From IMG/VR virus record IMGVR_UViG_3300031998_000005: DNA of 64,000 nucleotides; one strand, 5' to 3'. The notes below the pieces were generated by a model, which was given only the letters and a program-made list of their open reading frames with translations, did not search any database and was not told the DNA's origin. Of this stretch, positions 48,495 through 57,469 are shown in pieces (position 1 is the stretch's first letter; every line of letters begins with the position of its first letter). Origin of the DNA: a virus (Duplodnaviria > Caudoviricetes). A program made the translations under genes and the position numbers.

Positions 48495-48626
48495 TTAATC
48501 GCAAATCTTCTTACGGGTGTTTTTGTTAGACGCACTTTCAGCGGTCTGCTTGCCATCAAACTCAATCTTGACGGTCTTGACACCCTGCGGAATTTTGACG
48601 ATTACTTCGTCCATCTTCTGTGCCAT
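48495..48626 (-). CDS. small hypothetical protein (43 aa)
   Basis: Translated by hand (MAQKMDEVIVKIP..); AGGAG RBS. Confidence 0.5.
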   Translation of the reverse strand: MAQKMDEVIVKIPQGVKTVKIEFDGKQTAESASNKNTRKKICD

Positions 48627-48982
48627 TAGAAATTCTCCTTGTTCCTACGACGACGCTTTCTCGGAGTTTCTTCGGTCGGAACTACGTCAGTCGGAGTTTC
48701 ATCGCTCGGAACAGACGGCTGTTCAACAGAAGTTTCTACGGGTTCTTCAACCTTGGTTTCCACGACAGGTTCTACCACCTTGGGCTGTTCAACGGGAGTT
48801 TCCACAACCTTGGGAATTTCCACCTTGGGGGCTTCAACCTTGGGCTGTTCCACAGGCTTTGTAGCCTTGGGAGCGACAGGCTGTTCCTTCTTTACGGGCT
48901 TCGGCTGTGCAGGCTTCGTCTGCGTGGGCTTGGCACGACGCTTGTTAATGAGCGACTTGAGTTCGGACAGTTTCTTGTTCAT
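48626..48982 (-). CDS. low-complexity Pro/Val/Glu/Lys protein (PKVE repeats)
   Basis: Repeated PKVE/PVEQ, Arg-rich tail. Confidence 0.6.
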   Translation of the reverse strand: MNKKLSELKSLINKRRAKPTQTKPAQPKPVKKEQPVAPKATKPVEQPKVEAPKVEIPKVVETPVEQPKVVEPVVETKVEEPVETSVEQPSVPSDETPTDVVPTEETPRKRRRRNKENF

Positions 48983-49151
48983 CTTTCAGTTCCTTTTTGT
49001 TCTTGGGAGCAAGGCGAGCCTCAATCTCCCCCATTCGTGTTTCAAATAAATGTAAATAATTTCGGAGAACTGCGACACGGATTATGAGAAAAATATCAAG
49101 GATTACCGCTAGAATCAGCAGAATCGTGAGAATTAGTGTTGATGTTGCCAT
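48945..49151 (-). CDS. single-TM membrane protein (spanin/holin-like)
   Basis: N-terminal hydrophobic helix; in the lysis cluster. Confidence 0.5.
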   Translation of the reverse strand: MATSTLILTILLILAVILDIFLIIRVAVLRNYLHLFETRMGEIEARLAPKNKKELKDEQETVRTQVAH

Positions 49152-49428
49152 TTTCCACCTCGGTTTTATTAGGACGTAAGAGAATATCTACTTGTGCCTG
49201 CAAGTCATCCAAAAGTGTTTCTTGGAATGCCAACCTGTCTTTCACGCCCGTTATTCCAAAACGAACCTTGGTATTGGCTTCCCGCAAAGCACGAAACAAC
49301 TTTTCAAACTTTTGGAACTGCTCCATAGCCTTGCGAACCTGTATCACAAGATACACACAGGAAATCAGCAAAGCCAATGGCAAAATGCAAGATACAATTT
49401 GACTTAACAATTCCATAGACATACTCAT
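49096..49428 (-). CDS. TM plus coiled-coil protein (spanin-like)
   Basis: Hydrophobic N-terminus containing LISC, then coiled coil. Confidence 0.5.
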   Translation of the reverse strand: MSMSMELLSQIVSCILPLALLISCVYLVIQVRKAMEQFQKFEKLFRALREANTKVRFGITGVKDRLAFQETLLDDLQAQVDILLRPNKTEVENGNINTNSHDSADSSGNP

Positions 49429-49449
49429 ACAATAAATATAGCACCATAC

Positions 49450-49863
49450 TTACTTTTTCAAGTAAACACAAGCAACTACATCCTTACGAATAGGGCGAAT
49501 ACGGATAAATCCCGTAGATGTCGCAGCCGTCTTACAAGACGAGCCACCGCCCCCCGCTTCAAGCATCAAACCATCCCCAAGGGCTACAGCAACGTGAGTA
49601 ATCTTGGATGTAGATTTCCCAAAGAATAGAATATCCCCATCGTGGGCATTATCCACATTCCCTTCTTTCCAAGTAGCCGTCTTGGTAAGGTGGTCATACA
49701 ATCCCTGTGCGGTCGTATCAGCACCTGTGTATAGACCAAAAGCCCAAAGACCTTCTAGGACAAGCCCACTGCAATCAAAGCCGTGGGCAGTCTTTCCTGT
49801 TCCATTCCCACCCCAAATATACGGGCGACCAATAAAGGTTTTCAAATACTCCGTAAGCGTCAT
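49450..49863 (-). CDS. NlpC/P60 cell-wall peptidase
   Basis: GRPYIWGG, GFDCSGLV, GDILFF, HVAVALG. Confidence 0.9.
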   Translation of the reverse strand: MTLTEYLKTFIGRPYIWGGNGTGKTAHGFDCSGLVLEGLWAFGLYTGADTTAQGLYDHLTKTATWKEGNVDNAHDGDILFFGKSTSKITHVAVALGDGLMLEAGGGGSSCKTAATSTGFIRIRPIRKDVVACVYLKK

Positions 49864-49867
49864 ACAA

Positions 49868-50338
49868 CTACCCCGCTTCCTTTGCAGACCATCTAAACGT
49901 GAAAAGCGTCCTGTTCGTGTCCGTCAAGAAATCATCTTCTTCATAGGCAGACTTTCCAAATGCACGAACAGAATAATAAACCACGTTCCGCTTAATTTTA
50001 CCCATACCCGCCCATTCAAGACCATCACGCAAGAACTCGTCCGAAAGTTCACGGGTAGCAGGGTGTTCCCCCTCGCAGGCATCACAGGGAGTGTAGAACG
50101 CATCGTGAATAAGATAAATCAGTGATTTCTTTTCATCGCCAACCTGGTCAATGAACCCGTCCACAAAGCGACCGCCACTGCGGAAATTCGTAACAAACCC
50201 TGCCTTAAAACCAAACTCAAAGCAACCAATATCCGTAATCACGGATATGTTCGTGTCCTGGGATAACTTGTAATAGCGATTTCCCGTGGGAGTAACCGCC
50301 AAGCAAGGTTTATCCATAACTATGGAATAGATATTCAT
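49868..50338 (-). CDS. DUF1353-like protein
   Basis: AGFVTNFRS, LIHDAFY, SDEFL, VYYSVRAFG. Confidence 0.7.
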   Translation of the reverse strand: MNIYSIVMDKPCLAVTPTGNRYYKLSQDTNISVITDIGCFEFGFKAGFVTNFRSGGRFVDGFIDQVGDEKKSLIYLIHDAFYTPCDACEGEHPATRELSDEFLRDGLEWAGMGKIKRNVVYYSVRAFGKSAYEEDDFLTDTNRTLFTFRWSAKEAG

Positions 50339-50595
50339 TTAGAACCCCCCTGCTTATACCTTTCGGATAATGCACCTTTAATGAAAGCAACATCACCCGC
50401 CATTGTGTTTATACGCTCGTAGATAGCGTTAAGTTCACCCGACCGAGCCTTGTTTGCTTCCTCAAGGTCTTCTTCAAGTTTCTGTATTCGCTTGGCGTGG
50501 TCACGTATCACAAATGCAGCCCACGCTAAACATAAAGCAGCAGGCACACCTATAACACTAGATAAATTCGTAAGCACATCTAAAAGTTGTTCCAT
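50335..50595 (-). CDS. holin-like membrane protein
   Basis: One TM plus coiled coil, near the peptidase. Confidence 0.5.
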   Translation of the reverse strand: MEQLLDVLTNLSSVIGVPAALCLAWAAFVIRDHAKRIQKLEEDLEEANKARSGELNAIYERINTMAGDVAFIKGALSERYKQGGSK

Positions 50596-50613
50596 AAACT
50601 AACCCTCCATTGA

Positions 50614-52032
50614 TTACGAATTTGCAGTAGCAATCGGAGTAAAACCTACGGCTGACCACCCGCCCCCAGATGTAATGGTAGCACCAATATACCCATACTG
50701 ACCATCTGCCGTAATCGGAGTAGAAGCAAAGAAATATACAAGACCAGCGTGTGCCCTAACCGCACGATGCGACAGAAACAACTCGGCATCATCATTTTCA
50801 CTTACAGAAACGTGCGAAATCAGCAAAGTCTTACCCGCTTCGTAAGCATTATGCAATTCTTGATAAGTTGTAGTTCCGTAAGTCACAAGGAATATAGGAG
50901 AACTACCACTAATAGATTTAGGAGTAGCCGTCCAATCGTAAGTGCTGGAATAAAAACTATTACTATACTCCATAAACGAACCATCGTCCTTCGGACTTTC
51001 CCTAAACAGGACAGAAGTTCCCCCACTAACTACCATAGCAGTTCCGCATACAGTTCCATCACGACTTGTGCGGATAAGCATTATCGGCATCTTACCTTCA
51101 GCCATAGCCGTAAGAATATCCGTAGCCTTCACCAAATGACCATCACTATCCCTACAGCGGTTCGTATCACTTTCATACTCATAAACCGCAACGGGAGGTA
51201 TCTTATCCAATGTATAATTGAGAGCAATTACTAACCCATCAACCCCTGTAAAGTTTGCCTGTGTGGAAGTAGCACTATCACAGATAAACAGGGAGTCGCC
51301 AAATACATAATACCAACCCTTTGTATAACGCAAATCCGTTCCTGTAATCTCCAATTCTTCGCCCGCATTAGGGTCATACAGATTAGGGTCAATCAAATGG
51401 CGAACACCATACACTGCACCGCTAGTAATAGGGTCTTTACTATTTTCTACAGGTAGAGCATCGGGATGTTTCCATACAAGAAACGGGGGATTAGCATTAG
51501 TCTTGGCTACCAACACGTCCCCAGGGGCAAACTCACCATCTGCATCGGGCGGGGTAATCGGAATAATAGCACCCAAATCGTTGCCACTACCCATACGGAT
51601 AACGACAAGTCCCGTGCCCATCTTCTTTTCAAGATTTACGGGAGCAAACACAGGCGGTTCAGCACGACCACTGCTAGTATATGCCTGGAACATAGAAGAC
51701 TTGATGTCGTGTCCATCTGCGTCCTTATAAGCCATTTCCGCAGCAAATTTAACATCATCAAGACTAACCCACAATTCAGTGTTCTCATCATAGGGAGATT
51801 CAGCCTTGACCACCGATGTCCAATCGCTAGTCCCGTCTTCTTCTCCCATAAACAAACTCTTGCTAGTAGGAACAGGAATAGCCCCATCGCCTGCGGGGAT
51901 AAGTTCATCGCCATACTTGACATACAGCAAACGGTCCGTAGTGCATAAGCCCAACTCACGCTCAATAAGTTTTTCTTGGAGAGTTGCCAAATCTCCCGCC
52001 CGAATCAACTGCTTGGATGCTATCTTTGCCAT
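50614..52032 (-). CDS. tail fibre / accessory fibre protein
   Basis: LIERELGLCT..LYV N-terminal fibre motif; VENSKDPITSGAVY; mosaic C-terminal modules. Confidence 0.6.
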   Translation of the reverse strand: MAKIASKQLIRAGDLATLQEKLIERELGLCTTDRLLYVKYGDELIPAGDGAIPVPTSKSLFMGEEDGTSDWTSVVKAESPYDENTELWVSLDDVKFAAEMAYKDADGHDIKSSMFQAYTSSGRAEPPVFAPVNLEKKMGTGLVVIRMGSGNDLGAIIPITPPDADGEFAPGDVLVAKTNANPPFLVWKHPDALPVENSKDPITSGAVYGVRHLIDPNLYDPNAGEELEITGTDLRYTKGWYYVFGDSLFICDSATSTQANFTGVDGLVIALNYTLDKIPPVAVYEYESDTNRCRDSDGHLVKATDILTAMAEGKMPIMLIRTSRDGTVCGTAMVVSGGTSVLFRESPKDDGSFMEYSNSFYSSTYDWTATPKSISGSSPIFLVTYGTTTYQELHNAYEAGKTLLISHVSVSENDDAELFLSHRAVRAHAGLVYFFASTPITADGQYGYIGATITSGGGWSAVGFTPIATANS

Positions 52033-52068
52033 AAGACTAAATCCTCATATTCAACTTAAATATAATTA

Positions 52069-52093
52069 AAAAGCCCGATACAGGGTATCGGGG
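52069..52093 (-). terminator. rho-independent terminator
   Basis: CCCGATAC/GTATCGGG stem followed by a T-run. Confidence 0.6.
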
Positions 52094-52103
52094 TTCTTCA
52101 CAT

Positions 52104-52466
52104 TTAGACCGCTACGGCTACATTATCCTGTCCGATTAACTGCTCTGCCCTTTTCCTAGCCCTCGCAGCCTTCTTCCACGCAGCCCTTTTAGCCTTAAAT
52201 TCGGGGTCGTTCTTATGCTTCTCGTAATATCTCCGTTTCTTTTCTTTGACCTTTTCGGGATTGGCTTTCTCCCACTCCCGTTGCAATCGCAGACATTCTT
52301 CCCTATTAGCCCAATATCGTTTCTTACTCCGTGCCCTAGCCCCAACCTTTCTCTTTTCCTGGGATTCGGGAGAGCGATTAGGATGCTTTATGTGCTTGGG
52401 CTTCACCACGATAGGTGTTTCAAGTAGTCTAGCACGGAGTTTAGACCAATCTATTGTATCAGCCAC
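52104..52466 (-). CDS. basic helical protein (WEKANPEKVKE, HNH N-terminal-like)
   Basis: Lys/Arg-rich; GTG start after an AAGGA RBS. Confidence 0.55.
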   Translation of the reverse strand: MADTIDWSKLRARLLETPIVVKPKHIKHPNRSPESQEKRKVGARARSKKRYWANREECLRLQREWEKANPEKVKEKKRRYYEKHKNDPEFKAKRAAWKKAARARKRAEQLIGQDNVAVAV

Positions 52467-52482
52467 AAATATCCTTTGTTTG

Positions 52483-52620
52483 AAAAAGGCGGTGCAGGGA
52501 ACCGAGAACCCGCACCGCCCCGCCACACGCCAATGAGCCTGCTACAAAAGTAGCGACGTGTGACTGTTTCCACCCTTATGGAAGCAGACAGGACGGAATG
52601 GCTACAAACCGAACCTGTCC
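52483..52620 (-). ncRNA. candidate multi-hairpin ncRNA or cis-regulatory leader
   Basis: Four consecutive helices between a TATATTT box (52626-52632) and a T5 tract. Confidence 0.5.
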
Positions 52621-52670
52621 TTTCCAAATATACTCAATTACAGGCGAGTGCGTCTTATGTGTCTTGGCTT

Positions 52671-52928
52671 TCACGTGCCCATCGGGGGTATTTTAACCCG
52701 AACTACAAGTCCATTCTCGTCCTCCTTCCAATAGACATTAGCCCGCCTAAACGCCTTGCCCATTTGTGATACAAGCAATTCAGCCTGGGGTGAGGCTACC
52801 TTATGAAAATGGAGAGATATGGACGTATAGCCATCGTGTTCAAGAACATCCTTGCCTTCAAGCGACAAGCCCTGCCGTTGCCAAATACCCTCTGCTCTCA
52901 CAAGCAACTTATGAGCGTATGCGTTCAC
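52671..52928 (-). CDS. hypothetical protein
   Basis: 85-aa ORF in an operon. Confidence 0.55.
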   Translation of the reverse strand: MNAYAHKLLVRAEGIWQRQGLSLEGKDVLEHDGYTSISLHFHKVASPQAELLVSQMGKAFRRANVYWKEDENGLVVRVKIPPMGT

Positions 52929-53059
52929 TTCTGCTTGCCTTCGTCAGCCGTGGGCTTGGGGAACTTGTTATAGTTAATACAAGCCTTAACCCCGCCCATA
53001 CGATTGGCACAATAAGTCTTGGAATTACACGTATTGCAAAGAGATTCTTTTGCCATCAT
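52925..53059 (-). CDS. small Cys-rich protein (44 aa)
   Basis: Translated by hand (MMAKESLCNTCNSKTYC..C); fills the gap. Confidence 0.45.
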   Translation of the reverse strand: MMAKESLCNTCNSKTYCANRMGGVKACINYNKFPKPTADEGKQK

Positions 53060-53520
53060 TATTCCTTTGGTTCAACTACATCTGCGGTGTTAAGCAAGAT
53101 GTGATACAACTGCTCCGACAGCCCAAAGCGGTCTTTGTTCACTTCAAGCGACTGCCGAATGTTGCCACCCTTGTTTCGCTTACAGGCTGCAAGCCAATCA
53201 AGCCACATTTCTACCAACTGCATAAGGTTCATCCCATCTATGCCGTTTTCAAAATGTTGCGGGTGGTGGTCATTGACCTCGTAGTGATGGTCAAGAGCAG
53301 GACCAAGATATTCAAGCGATTTCTTGTATTCGTCCGAACCATACTGATGCTTGGACAGATGTTGGTGTGTGCCAACATAATCAAAGCGTTCCTTTTCGGG
53401 GTCGTGCAGTTTAGATTCATCGTGTCTTTCCGCACGGTCCATAATGTCCGTGCAGAAATCCGTGGCAAAGTCCACGACCATTTGACGATGGGCAAGCGTA
53501 TCTTGTGTAGAGTCAGCCAT
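53059..53520 (-). CDS. HD-like DUF5662 family protein
   Basis: TLAHRQMV, RAERHDESKL, HHYEVNDHHPQHF, LVEMWLDWLAA. Confidence 0.8.
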   Translation of the reverse strand: MADSTQDTLAHRQMVVDFATDFCTDIMDRAERHDESKLHDPEKERFDYVGTHQHLSKHQYGSDEYKKSLEYLGPALDHHYEVNDHHPQHFENGIDGMNLMQLVEMWLDWLAACKRNKGGNIRQSLEVNKDRFGLSEQLYHILLNTADVVEPKE

Positions 53521-53816
53521 TAGACCTTACCCGCCTTCTTGCTGATTTCATTTTCAATCGCCTTGGCATTAGCACGACGGAGCAAGGACAGACGAACAGC
53601 AAGCGTATCACGATAGTCACGCATAAAGTTGAACTGCTCACAAAGCAGTCCATACTGTTCTTCGCCTACCTTTTTGATAAAGGTATCGCCCAAGTTCAAC
53701 GCAGCATTCAAGCGTTCAACCCTGCCTGCAATTTCGTCAAATTCCACTTCAAGAGAAACGATGACTTCGGCAACGCTCTTTACAGGGGTCTTCTTGATAT
53801 TCTTCTTTTTAGCCAT
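53520..53816 (-). CDS. crAss001_48-like helical protein
   Basis: EQYGLLCEQFNFMRDYRDTLAVRL pattern. Confidence 0.6.
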   Translation of the reverse strand: MAKKKNIKKTPVKSVAEVIVSLEVEFDEIAGRVERLNAALNLGDTFIKKVGEEQYGLLCEQFNFMRDYRDTLAVRLSLLRRANAKAIENEISKKAGKV

Positions 53817-53831
53817 TGTAGTAATCCTCCA

Positions 53832-54353
53832 TTAAACCTTGGATGTTCCTTCCACGCCACGCTTTACACGGGCATTAGTTCTCTTACGAAGCCACATAAG
53901 GGCTTCTTCAATCTTCGTAATAGCACAAGCGTTTTCACGGCACTTGTATTCGGACTTTTGGAAACTTTCAAGACGGCACAAGACCATACCAAGCAAGTCT
54001 TCATTGGCAACGCCATTCACACCATTTTCCTTGATAGGACCTTCCTGGAAATTCACAACACCGACCACAAGGTTCTGCCCCTTGTGTTCACCTTCGGTAT
54101 CGGGCTTGGCTGCGATAACCTTAAAGTGGTGCGGAGCATTGAACTTGTAATCCGCTTCGTGAATAATCATCGTGTAATTCTGCGTTAGCAAGTCGTGATT
54201 GAGAACCACATAACTAGGTGCATTATTCACATCGGATTTCTTGGCAGCACCTTTCTTCACTGCGGTCTTTGCACCCTTTTTCGGAGTAGCCTTGACCGCC
54301 TTCTTCGGAGCGGTTTTCTTTTCTGTCTTCGGAGCAACTTTTTTAGTAGCCAT
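53832..54353 (-). CDS. tad1: Tad1-like anti-Thoeris/CBASS nucleotide sponge with Lys/Ala-rich N-terminal tail
   Basis: AxHxF..FQEGPIKE.G.NGV..EDLL..V..RL.SFQ...CRENACAIT..EEALMWL..R...R..R.VEGT matches Tad1. Confidence 0.8.
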   Translation of the reverse strand: MATKKVAPKTEKKTAPKKAVKATPKKGAKTAVKKGAAKKSDVNNAPSYVVLNHDLLTQNYTMIIHEADYKFNAPHHFKVIAAKPDTEGEHKGQNLVVGVVNFQEGPIKENGVNGVANEDLLGMVLCRLESFQKSEYKCRENACAITKIEEALMWLRKRTNARVKRGVEGTSKV

Positions 54354-54374
54354 TGGTATCTTCCTTTTTTAGAG

Positions 54375-55499
54375 TTAAACACTATACATTCCGTAGATAA
54401 CACCCAGGATAAACACAAAGATTACCCCGATGAAATACATTACGAACCTACTGATTTCCGTCTTCTCATTAAAGAGCAAAATGAACGGGTCAAAAATTTC
54501 CTTACGCATAGTAAGTTCGGGTCGCTTGAGTGCAGGCTTTTTCACGGGAACACCCGCCAACTCCACGAGAGCCGTATAAATATCCCTTTGGAAATCTTCC
54601 AAGTATTCCACAGGAACACGCTTGACACGTCCGTGCAAATTATCGCCACCGATTTCGCCATCTTGTAGGATTCTAGGTTCTTCGGTATCATCGCCAATAA
54701 AAACAGTAAAGGTATCGCCACAATAGATACCCTTGTGTGCAGATACCTCCCAAATAGTCGGTTCTACAACCAAGGTATGCGGGCGACACTTATAAGAATC
54801 CCAAGAGTCACCCAAGAAAGTAGAAAGCACACCACTAGCCGAAGATATTGTCCATATACGGCAAGGCACGATACCATCATTCCCCATAAATCGGGCGAAC
54901 ATACGACGGTGGCAGATGTCATAGCATTTCTTTACAGCGTGGTCGGCATCTACACAGGAACTATGCCATTCTTCAAACAAAGCACCTACAATCGCCCTGC
55001 CGATATAGAAATGATGGGTTGTAATCGGAATTATCCCAATGTTATTCGGGAACATATTTTCTTCAAGAACGATACCCTTGTTCGGAAGCAGAACCTCTCT
55101 AAAATACGGAGATACAGACAAGCCGTCAAGTATCATAGCCATATACGGACTATCATCATCCGTAATATAAAGAGCCATATCTATCGGAGTGCCTGGTATC
55201 AAAGTCCACTTGCTATGCGGGTCTTTAACCAATGTAAGAATATACAGGTCATACAAGAAGCCAACCACCGCAGCGGTAGTCCTGCCTGCACCCAAACAAC
55301 CCGCCATAATCACGTCCGTATATTGAGAACGCAACGGGTCTGCATACACATCCTTGAGAACACCCAACCAATAAGGATAGATGTCTTTGAACACCTTACC
55401 CAAGTATTCGGGGTCTTTTATGAATGTTTCAATATCTACAGGAATAGCCTTCAAGTCCTGTGGTTCTAGGTTTATCATAACTGCTCTCTCCTTGCCCAT
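54375..55499 (-). CDS. truncated, degenerate large-terminase ATPase paralog with C-terminal TM helix
   Basis: PVDIETFIKDPEYLG..IYPYW, GCLGAGRTT, GALFEE, PTIWEV, VPVEYLEDF..DI..AL.ELAGV; no nuclease domain. Confidence 0.65.
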   Translation of the reverse strand: MGKERAVMINLEPQDLKAIPVDIETFIKDPEYLGKVFKDIYPYWLGVLKDVYADPLRSQYTDVIMAGCLGAGRTTAAVVGFLYDLYILTLVKDPHSKWTLIPGTPIDMALYITDDDSPYMAMILDGLSVSPYFREVLLPNKGIVLEENMFPNNIGIIPITTHHFYIGRAIVGALFEEWHSSCVDADHAVKKCYDICHRRMFARFMGNDGIVPCRIWTISSASGVLSTFLGDSWDSYKCRPHTLVVEPTIWEVSAHKGIYCGDTFTVFIGDDTEEPRILQDGEIGGDNLHGRVKRVPVEYLEDFQRDIYTALVELAGVPVKKPALKRPELTMRKEIFDPFILLFNEKTEISRFVMYFIGVIFVFILGVIYGMYSV

Positions 55500-55987
55500 T
55501 CTGCAATAAGGATAGCGTCAGCGTCCTTATGCTTGCGAATAACCTTTTCTTGGTCGGGGAACAAACGAAGCCCGATGTCCATAGACGCTTTCTTCAGTTC
55601 TGGGGCACCCTGCACACCTTTAGGCAACAAAGCCCCCTGCCACTGACGGGAGTCAGCATACAGATGGGGGATTCCCAAATCTTCAATGACACACAAGGTC
55701 GCTTCAAGCGAACGGGCTGCTGACACGGATGCCTGGAAACGCATAGGGTTAATCATAGGTCGCTCAATCACAGCAACAATTTCGCTAGAAGCAATACCAC
55801 TACCCATAAGGTCAATGAGCCACTGCTTCAAAGCAAGATGGTCAATGCGAGAAATAATCTTCTTCGCCTTGGTATAACTCTGTTCCTTGATAATCGGAGT
55901 TTCAATGATTTGGGCAGGACAATCGCCTACACAGGCAATAGTTCCCGTAGTTCCGTTATCCACGCCAACATAGATTTTATGTGCCAT
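55475..55987 (-). CDS. RuvC-like Holliday junction resolvase
   Basis: VGVDNG, VIERP, QWQ, DADAILIA. Confidence 0.8.
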   Translation of the reverse strand: MAHKIYVGVDNGTTGTIACVGDCPAQIIETPIIKEQSYTKAKKIISRIDHLALKQWLIDLMGSGIASSEIVAVIERPMINPMRFQASVSAARSLEATLCVIEDLGIPHLYADSRQWQGALLPKGVQGAPELKKASMDIGLRLFPDQEKVIRKHKDADAILIAEWARREQL

Positions 55988-55988
55988 A

Positions 55989-56612
55989 TTAACCTAATGC
56001 CTCATCTATCTGCTTAAAAAGTTCTCGTTCTGCAACCACATCGCCTGCACAATACTGACCGATTTCGTCCGTCCTACCCTGTCGGAAAAGGGATGGAACT
56101 TCCGAACCGCAAACAGAACCCTTGGGGTCTTCAATGTTAAGGAGCAGGCAAGCGGAGCGTAGCGACATTGATGCACCGCCACCGAAACGCATAAGTTCCA
56201 TCGTGTCAATATGCGGAATATCCCACGGCTTCTTTCCGCTGAAATTAAGAGATTTCGGCACATACCTACGCTGTGCCATAAAACGCTTTGCCAAGAAAGG
56301 AATGTCAAAACCCTTAATGTTATGACCAATCAGTATCACGTTTTCGCTGTCAAGGAACGATTCAAGAGTTTCAAGCATTTCTGCTTCTTCTTCTACACTC
56401 CCTGCCGTCAATACCTTTGGAGCGTCATCACCATAGGCATTGGCATAGGCAACTGCACAAACCATACCAAACTCTGCGTGGAGAGCAGCCATATCTTCCA
56501 ATTCCTGCCCTTCCTTGCCAGGGTATTTTGTCGCAGCCCAAATCGGGTAGAACGTGTCCATAATCCCAGGACGGGGAGTAGTTTCTATGTCTATAACGAA
56601 TTTTCTAGCCAT
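55989..56612 (-). CDS. DEDDy 3'-5' exonuclease (PolB-like)
   Basis: DIET, GHNIKGFDIPFL, HIDTM, YCAGDV. Confidence 0.88.
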   Translation of the reverse strand: MARKFVIDIETTPRPGIMDTFYPIWAATKYPGKEGQELEDMAALHAEFGMVCAVAYANAYGDDAPKVLTAGSVEEEAEMLETLESFLDSENVILIGHNIKGFDIPFLAKRFMAQRRYVPKSLNFSGKKPWDIPHIDTMELMRFGGGASMSLRSACLLLNIEDPKGSVCGSEVPSLFRQGRTDEIGQYCAGDVVAERELFKQIDEALG

Positions 56613-56649
56613 CAGTAATACCTCTTAATTAAGATATAGCAACATACTC

Positions 56650-57012
56650 TCAATTTACAACAACGCCCTTCGGAATAAACACCCGAAGAACTCTCTCACC
56701 CTGTTCCTTTTCTTTCTCTATGGTCATCCCGTCCTGCGAAGCAATCGCCATTTCCTTACGTTCTTCGGAGAACATACGAATGTCCTTTTCAGCCTTGTCC
56801 AACAGGTCATTAAGTTGCTTAATCCGTTCCATAAGAATAGGAACTGACACGGAAGCGACACACGCCTCCGCAACAACGTGCATATCTACCTTACCATCTT
56901 GGAGTAATCCATACATACGACCTACGCTCACATCGTAGGTCTCGTTATCGTTAAGCAATCCCCGAATAATCTCAAACGGAGTCTTCTGCGGGTTCTGCGA
57001 GTTCTTGGACAT
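56650..57012 (-). CDS. hypothetical protein
   Basis: 120-aa ORF. Confidence 0.6.
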   Translation of the reverse strand: MSKNSQNPQKTPFEIIRGLLNDNETYDVSVGRMYGLLQDGKVDMHVVAEACVASVSVPILMERIKQLNDLLDKAEKDIRMFSEERKEMAIASQDGMTIEKEKEQGERVLRVFIPKGVVVN

Positions 57013-57388
57013 TAGGCTTATTACGGGGGATTATGTTAATCTTGTTATTCTTACGCTTTTCGTTAAAAGCACGGAAATCGGAGAAACGGGGTTTGGCTTC
57101 ACGGGGAATACCCAACTTTTCTTTGTGCTGTCGGATAGATTCCCAAGAGCGGTTCGGAACAATCTTGCCATCTAGCAAGAGAGCGTCTTCGGACTCCGTC
57201 CACCACCAATTACAGGTGTTCTTACGGAGTTCTTTCCAAGGAATGCCGTGCTTGTGAGCGTAGGATGCCGCCTGCAAGTAAGTGCGTCCTTCGGGAACTT
57301 TCCCACGCCTTACATCTGCGATTTCGGGTGCAAGCCATCTTTTCTTCGGCACATTTCTTGACATAGCCACCAATTCCTTTGTTCCCAC
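56972..57388 (-). CDS. basic protein with a duplicated VPxRT/SW motif (possibly DNA-binding)
   Basis: WTESEDALL, Myb-like. Confidence 0.5.
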   Translation of the reverse strand: MGTKELVAMSRNVPKKRWLAPEIADVRRGKVPEGRTYLQAASYAHKHGIPWKELRKNTCNWWWTESEDALLLDGKIVPNRSWESIRQHKEKLGIPREAKPRFSDFRAFNEKRKNNKINIIPRNKPNVQELAEPAEDSV

Positions 57389-57469
57389 CTTGTCTATGGG
57401 AAACAGTCTATCGTGGCTGTCTAACGGCTAATATAATAAAATATCACAGAAAAAGCAATAGATTATCTG

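Noticed and set aside
54375-55499. Functional large terminase
   Set aside because: Catalytic motifs are altered and the nuclease domain is absent
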